A stretch of 64,000 nt of DNA from the human T2T-CHM13v2.0 reference genome, Homo sapiens, in NCBI RefSeq assembly GCF_009914755.1, contig NC_060926.1; one strand, written 5' to 3'. Shown piece by piece: positions 55,395 through 64,000 of this stretch. The notes under the pieces were generated by a model, which worked only from the letters and a program-made list of their open reading frames with translations, was not told the origin of the DNA and ran no database searches. Each line of letters begins with the position of its first letter. Position 1 is the stretch's first letter. Made by a program: the position numbers and the translations under genes.

Positions 55395-55927
55395 TAAACA
55401 CACACACACGTAACATGTGAGGAGATAAATATGTTAATTTGCTTGGCTATAGTCTCATGTTGTTAACATTAAATATATAAAAATTGTACTAATTTTTTTA
55501 AAATTTAAAAAATGTTAGGACATTAAGGAAAGCCTTTTGGGTTACTTACTGGAATAGACACTTTCAGAGAGGAATGATAAATTATTTTCTAGGTTTCCAC
55601 CTGTTCTACTATCCTTTAGGGGAAGAGATTCTAAAATATCACAAATACAACCTACTAGACAAATAATTTTATGTTATCATGCTTTATGGAATGCACAGTG
55701 ACTAGTCTGTTGTGTCAAGTTGGCTTCTAATGAAGAATATTTTCACCAAAAATACATATTTAATAATAACAAATGATAATGATGTATATTACAGATAGCA
55801 TTATTTTACCTTAAGACATCATCTCATTATTTTTATCTTGATTATTTTGACAATTTCTTAAAACTTTTACGCCTTAATTTATGGATGAGGTAGCTAAGAC
55901 ACAGAACTTGAACCTTTTGCTTTTTGA

Positions 55928-58100
<2,173 letters not shown>

Positions 58101-59934
58101 ACTAATTATAAAGGGCGCTTTTTATTCTATCGCCTTTTCTTGCTCCCTTTCTTGCCCTCTTGTTTTCTCGTGCATGTGTGTGTGTGTGTGTTTATATTGA
58201 GAATGGATAAAATGCTTTTCCACACTAGACTATTACCAATATCTTTACAAATTGAAATGACTTACAGTGGCAATTAGTTCTCAAATTACTTTCAAATGCC
58301 TTATCTTGTCTGATACACTCAATAATGTTAAATGTCTCATGTCCCAGCTAGAATCAAAGTACTAAGGAGCAGAATTTGAATCAAGATTGGGAAATACCTT
58401 TAGGGAAAACCATGGAAAGTATTCAGTCTATTATTTTGGAAAAACAAACAAAGAAGCAGAGAAACAATGTAATTTGGAGTGGAAAAGTGCCCTATAGCAG
58501 ACGGTATTTTCTAATGCTCCCAGAGGAAAGGATCCTGTTCTCACAGTGGATATGATATGTGTAAGTGGTTCTAATGGTGGCTAAGATTGGTCATGGGTTA
58601 GAGACGGGAGTAGAAATAAAATTAGAGAGCAATCTTGAGGTCCTTTTTATTACTCAGAAATTTCAAGCATGCCTAGTTTAATACTATTGCACTTTAGATG
58701 GCTTCAAAAATCTAAACTAACGGCAGTCTCTTGCACCTTGTTAATATTTTCTTATCTGTTTATATGCTTATTAGAAATTCCTGGAACTATTGTTGATGCC
58801 TGATAAATTCTTAAACTAAGAGAACCATAAAGTCAAGCTCTATTAAAACACTGCAAGGAAACCCTTGAGCCTATGAAATTTACATTCCACTGCGCTGATC
58901 ACATTCTTTTTCTTAATGAAGAAACATTTCCACTCAAGGGTTCTCACAAGATCAGCACTACAAATTTAGTAGTCATGAACTCAGAATGTCACCTCTTGAA
59001 ACTAGTGAATTAGTTGAAATACCTCAACTAATGTTTGCATATAGTAGATTCCATTCTTCAGTATCCCTTCTAACGGAGAAAAGAAAAGACAAGAAAATAC
59101 AGATCTGAAGATATTTGAAGGATGTATATTTGACATTAAAAGTATTTTCAATGATGATACCAAATTCGTGAGACCTGAATCAAATCATGAGAACTCACTG
59201 TAAAGGTCTAGTTCATTAGAATATCTTTATCCTGTTTTTGTTCTCAAACTTAGAGATAAAATTGTTTTCACAGCACTATAAAAAGAAAAAAATAAATGAG
59301 CATGTGTACTCTCTCTCTTTCTCCTCCTTTTTATTATTATGTACTTACTCACGTTTTCCTTAGGGCTGAAAGGTGGTTGTTCTATACTAAAAGGCATCTC
59401 TATCAATGGTTTTTGGAACAAATAAAGCATTTGCTTGTGTTAGGGCATAAGCAACTTAATACTTAAGTGGGGCCTTTCATTCCATGCTGCTTTACAATTG
59501 TTAAACATTTTTACATGAATGATCTCATATCATTCTCAAACCAATATGAAAATAAAATTGGCAAATTGTTTTGTTTTGTTTTGTCTTTGTTTTTCTAATT
59601 AGAAATATTGAGACAGAAAAAAGAACAAAAGCCATAGCCAGACAGACTCACCTAGTAAAAACCAAAGGGCCTAACTATTACTTTATTGCTTTTTCAATTA
59701 CTTAATTTTTTAAAATCTGTATTGTTAGGACTTTGTCTAAATCATAGTATTCAATCTCTTGTACCTGTCATTCAAGATATTTTCTAATCTAGCCAAAACT
59801 TATTGGTTAAACTTTATTTCTGAACATTATTTTGAATCATCCAGCTCAGTTAAGAGATCTATTATCTCACAAACATCCCTCTTCCTCTCTGTGTTTACCT
59901 GCACCTGGAATGTATTCTTCCTGCTCCCAAACTG

Positions 59935-60097
59935 CCCCCCCCCCACAATAAAGCTAAAATTCACCTGAGTTGTAGAAAACTCCAGCTGATATAAAATAAA
60001 CTACGAAAGTGGCTTTAATACTTCTGAACACACAATAGCTAAGACCCAAAAGATACTCCACTATGCTTAGCCCTAAACTTCAACAGTTAAATCAACA
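59935..60097 (+). pseudogene. NUMT: mitochondrial 12S rRNA (MT-RNR1) fragment, approx. rCRS 955-1125
   Basis: caataaagctaaaattcacctgagttgta...actacgaaagtggcttt...cacaatagctaagacccaaa/agatactccactatgcttagccctaaac...aacagttaaatcaaca. Confidence 0.95.
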
Positions 60098-60607
60098 CAG
60101 AGGAGCACAGGTCTCCTCTGTGCTCCCATGCCCAATTGTTACCAAGTCCCTAGTTGCTGCCACAGAACTTTCATAAAAATTTCCCAGGAACAGATTTCTC
60201 TCTTATCTGAACTTCAGAATGTAATTCCTGTACTGCTTATTCCTCATTTATTGGACACTTCCTTTTAAATTTCTTGTTGTATAATGGCTTATGATGGTAT
60301 TTATCTGTGTACATGCCTCCAAACATAGATAACTTCTCCCTCACAAAACACTGTACTTTTCTTTGGTGAAAAGAATATGTGTTATACCATTCTTTGGTAA
60401 TGGTAATTTTCCTGTGGTAACTGATTGACAAATACATGTTTGAAAAATGAATGCAAATGTCAACAAAACAGACAAAACTCAAAAACAAAATTTGCTGCAG
60501 ATAACTATATTTTGGCAAATCAACTAGTATTCCTGATTAACTAGCACATTTTATTGTAGTTCAGTTAAAAAAATACAATTTGATATTCATAGGTAGTTTG
60601 GGATTTG

Positions 60608-60878
60608 TTTTTTCTTTTTTTAGAGATGGGTTCTTTCTCCCTTGTCCAGGCTGGAGTGCAGGGGTGTGATCATACCTCACTGCATCCTTGAACTCCTGGG
60701 CTTAAGGAATTCTCCTGCTTCAGCCTCCCAAGTAGCTGAAACTAGCTAAGATTTTTTTAAAACATTTTCTTAGAGATGACCGTCTTGCTATGTTGTCCAG
60801 GCTAGTCTCAAAGTCCTGGCCTGATGTGATCCTCCCACCTTGGCCTCCGAGTCGTTAGGATTAAAGGTATGAGACACT
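60608..60878 (-). mobile_element. AluJ-type element, diverged
   Basis: ccaggctggagtgcag...ctcctgggcttaag...ttgtccaggctagtctcaaagtcctggcc...ttggcctcc. Confidence 0.9.
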
Positions 60879-60991
60879 CCCTATCACTTGGAAAATTATT
60901 TAAGAGAATTCATGGTAGGGATTTTAAACACTGAGATACTTAATTATTGATAACCTTTTTCCATAAAAATTACCTATTAAGCATTAAGTGC

Positions 60992-61407
60992 TGTGGTAGA
61001 TAGAATCATGCTTCTTCACTACTCCCAAAGATATCCACATTCTAATCACCAGACCAGTGAATATGTCACTTGGAATAGTAAATGAATATGGTAAAAGGGA
61101 CTTTCCAGATGTGAAGTAAAAAGTCTTCAAATGGGGAGATTATCCAGGATTATCAGATGGGTGCAATAAAAATCACAAAAGTCCTTATCTGAAAAAGTGT
61201 CAAACTAGTGTCAAATAATTTGGTGGCCCCTGAAAAGTAGGAAAGGCAAGAAAACCTTATCCCCTGAAGTCTCTAGAAGTGACACAGCCATTCTACCATC
61301 TCGATTTTAGAATATTAAACTCTAGAACTGTAACAGATTAACTTGGTGTTATTTTAAGCCATTATGTTTGTGGTAATTTGTTAGGGCAGCAATAACAAAC
61401 TAATGCA
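60992..61407 (+). mobile_element. MLT1D-like MaLR solo LTR
   Basis: tgtggtagatagaat...cccaaagatatccacattctaatc; gggagattatccaggattatc; tttgtggtaatttgttagggcagcaata. Confidence 0.85.
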
Positions 61408-62261
61408 AACATAATAAAGATATTACCTTTAAAGTCAAGTTGGAATTTAAATTACTGACATAGAGTTGTTTTCTCTCCATAACATTTGGCTGTTATTGTG
61501 TTGATCACTGACACTGAGACCCTGATATTCTGAGCATGACCTAATCTCAGCCAAATCTGGATAACACACTCAGACCTAATATTTTAGTTATTCCTTTAGT
61601 GTGAAAAAACAGATCTCAAAAGACTTGGGGATCTCTAGATTAAAGTCAGCATCACTGAATAACACTCATAATCTAGCTGTAATTTGGATTCACTGGTTTA
61701 CATTCATCTCGTAAGTTTAGTGAAACATAAAGTAACTCTCCTTGCTACTGATTAAATGTTCAGTGATTAGGTGCTCATGGACTTGGGAGCAATTATGTTT
61801 GGTATTTCCTATTGGTTTATTTCCCCATAGCTATGATTATTATAGGCATTCTGTTAGAGCTGATAAGAACATGTATCATTAATGACTGGTCTGCTATTTT
61901 CCTTGCCTGATTTTATAGTTATCAAATATGCTCAGCAGATTGACACAGTAATAAAATTTTAAACAAAAGAAAACAAAACAAACAAGCAGCACATTTAACA
62001 GAAGTCCTGTTGAAAAACTTAGCCTTATAATTAAGCAAGCTCTCCTCCCTTCCCAAAGGAAACACACTCTAGCATTTGGTCTTCTTCCCTGTTAAAGAAT
62101 TAGCTCCTCTCAGGTTAAATGAATTGGGTACATTTAAAAAATGGGATATTACTCAGCCATATAGAAATGGAATTATAGATGCAGATATATTGTCATTACA
62201 TGGATAAATGTTCCTAGTAGATGGTTAAATAATGGAAAACAAATTGCAAAACAATCTTTAG

Positions 62262-62740
62262 AGCAGGCTTTCCTAATCTTCTTAGTTCAAGACACGTTTA
62301 CATGTAGGGCACTGAAGTTATTTTGTTTTTGTGGATTTTATCTAGTGATAGTTATTTGAAATTAAAACTGAGAAATATTTAACATATTTACATCATTTAA
62401 AACAACAAGAAGCCATTGCATATTTTCATTAGTAACATTTTTTATAAAAGTAATTATATTTTCCAAAGCAAGTAACAATTTAGTGAGAATAATGGCATTG
62501 TTATGCATTTTGCAAATCTGTTTAATGTCTTTCTTAATAGAGGGCACATGGATTCCCATATCTGCTTCTGCCTACTGGCCTCAGAAATTTCACTCTACGT
62601 CTGTGAGAAAATAAGAGTGAAAAAGGCAAAAAAATCTTAGTACTATGATAAAAACAGTTTGACATTACAAACTCCCTGAGAGGATCTTGGAGGCCCCAAG
62701 ATGTCCAGATGTCCCAGGACCAAATTCTGAGAATTGTGTG
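62262..62740. mobile_element. hAT-Charlie (Charlie4-like) relic
   Basis: agagtgaaaaaggcaaa...cttagtactatgataaaaacagtttgac...ggaccaaattctgagaa. Confidence 0.6.
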
Positions 62741-62899
62741 CTGTATGTGCCTGTATATTTACATAGATCTGTACTTACTTTCATCTGTATATCTGTGTCT
62801 TACTCTCTTCTATTTCCTCAGAAAAGTTTTGGAATAACTTAGAGTCCACTAAATGATGACGGTGATGATGGTGATAAAAATAATATCACAGTATAGTTA

Positions 62900-63130
62900 C
62901 AGCAACATTCATAATTAACATTTTGAATACTTACTATGTTCCAGGCACTGGAATAGACACTTAAAATGACTAATTGTTTATTCTTCAGAAAAGTCCTGTT
63001 AGTCATAAAGTCTTATGATAGGTGAGGAAAGCTATTTTACAGGGAAGGAAACAGATGAGAAAGAGCACCTTGCCATTTAGTAATTAGATTTTATTCTAGC
63101 AGGATTTTACTCTAGCATGTATCACTCTGA
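62900..63130 (-). mobile_element. MIR
   Basis: tacttactatgttccaggcactg...attttacagggaaggaaacaga. Confidence 0.7.
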
Positions 63131-64000
63131 AACCAATGGTAAATGTTGTAATTATAAACTATTAGAGAAAAATCAGCTAAGCAAGCACTTAAGTATGTGC
63201 GTGTGTATGCATGCCTGTTCGTATGTGCCTGTGTGTGGGTGATGGTGTATGTATTCCTGAATGCTTGTGGGTCTTTGCCTCTTCATAATACAAGCCTTTT
63301 GAGACCAGAATACCTAATAATTAATGAAACTCTAAATTGTAACCACATCTATATTGGTGATTTTTTTTTTCCATTCGTGTGGAAACATTTTCACCCTTTT
63401 GCAAGATGAGTGAAAAAGCTTTATATTTTAAGAAAGTAAAAATGACTCAAGTATGTATTTACTTTACTTAAGAATTTTGTTACACTCCTAGAGCAAAATA
63501 ATATAAATACACCAGTGGACCATTTTCATATTAATCATTGTAAAATGTTATTTATGTCTATCTTTCTGATAAGAGTTTGGCTTGGAAAATCTTTGTTATA
63601 TTTTTGTTCTAGGAAATTTATCAATTTAATAATCAGCTCTTCAATCATTTTGAATAAGTTGTTATAGACTATTGAGTACATCTAAATAAACTATCAAATA
63701 AGAATGGCAGTGACTATATTTTACAATTAACATTAGAGAACAGATTTGACTTCAAATCAACTCTAAATCTGAGGTCTAAGCAGTTTATTTCATTTACCTC
63801 CCCTCTATCAATGGTATATATGCCAGATGTGCACTTACTGGCAGATATATATCTTATATACATATATATTTACATATACAAATATATATGCATTATCAGG
63901 TTTATGAGGGAACAGTGATCCAAAAAAGTAAAAATAATTTATTTGGTCAAAATTCAATGCATCATGAAAAGAAGTGTATCTAAAGTACGTTAGTGTAATT

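Larger units (their letters stand above)
49998..55490 (+). mobile_element. Composite old L1M (MA/MB-like) element: ORF1 remnant, ORF2 remnants and 3'UTR, interrupted by Tigger1 and a second L1 3' end
   Basis: ORF1-like 50000-50750; endonuclease N-terminus IITLN-ELNSPIK...QDPTAYYL (51155-51352); [15 protein letters not shown]...LNRPIT (54161-54352); 3'UTR to ~55490. Confidence 0.88.

Noticed and set aside
59935-60097. Functional rRNA gene or bacterial contamination
   Set aside because: Short fragment with primate mitochondrial sequence, an essential motif deleted, and embedded in nuclear flanks

Overview
This is AT-rich, CpG-poor primate nuclear DNA, most likely human because it carries an AluYb8. 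I recognise no protein-coding exon, tRNA, CRISPR or CpG island. Most interpretable sequence is transposon-derived: five Alu loci (one nested, one near-pristine AluYb8), a 2.1-kb L1PA3-like 3' fragment, older L1M pieces, solo LTRs (MLT1, MLT2, THE1, MER51-like, LTR47-like), DNA-transposon relics (Tigger1, Tigger2a, MER3, MER53, MADE1, Charlie-type) and MIR/L2. The ORFs I can interpret are TE remnants or low-complexity sequence, and the rest look like chance. The most informative unexplained feature is a ~160-bp mitochondrial 12S rRNA insertion (NUMT, 59935-60097). It lacks 8 nt of a universally conserved rRNA motif, and its right junction carries a 15-nt filler built from two overlapping inverted copies of the flank, which resembles a templated end-joining scar. 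Other items are a fold-back inversion at the Tigger1 terminus, an Alu-in-Alu insertion, several local duplications, a CCAAT/TATA-rich solo LTR and a few candidate non-coding exons. I found no convincing new gene system. Subfamily names come from recalled consensus sequences and need RepeatMasker/Dfam confirmation.
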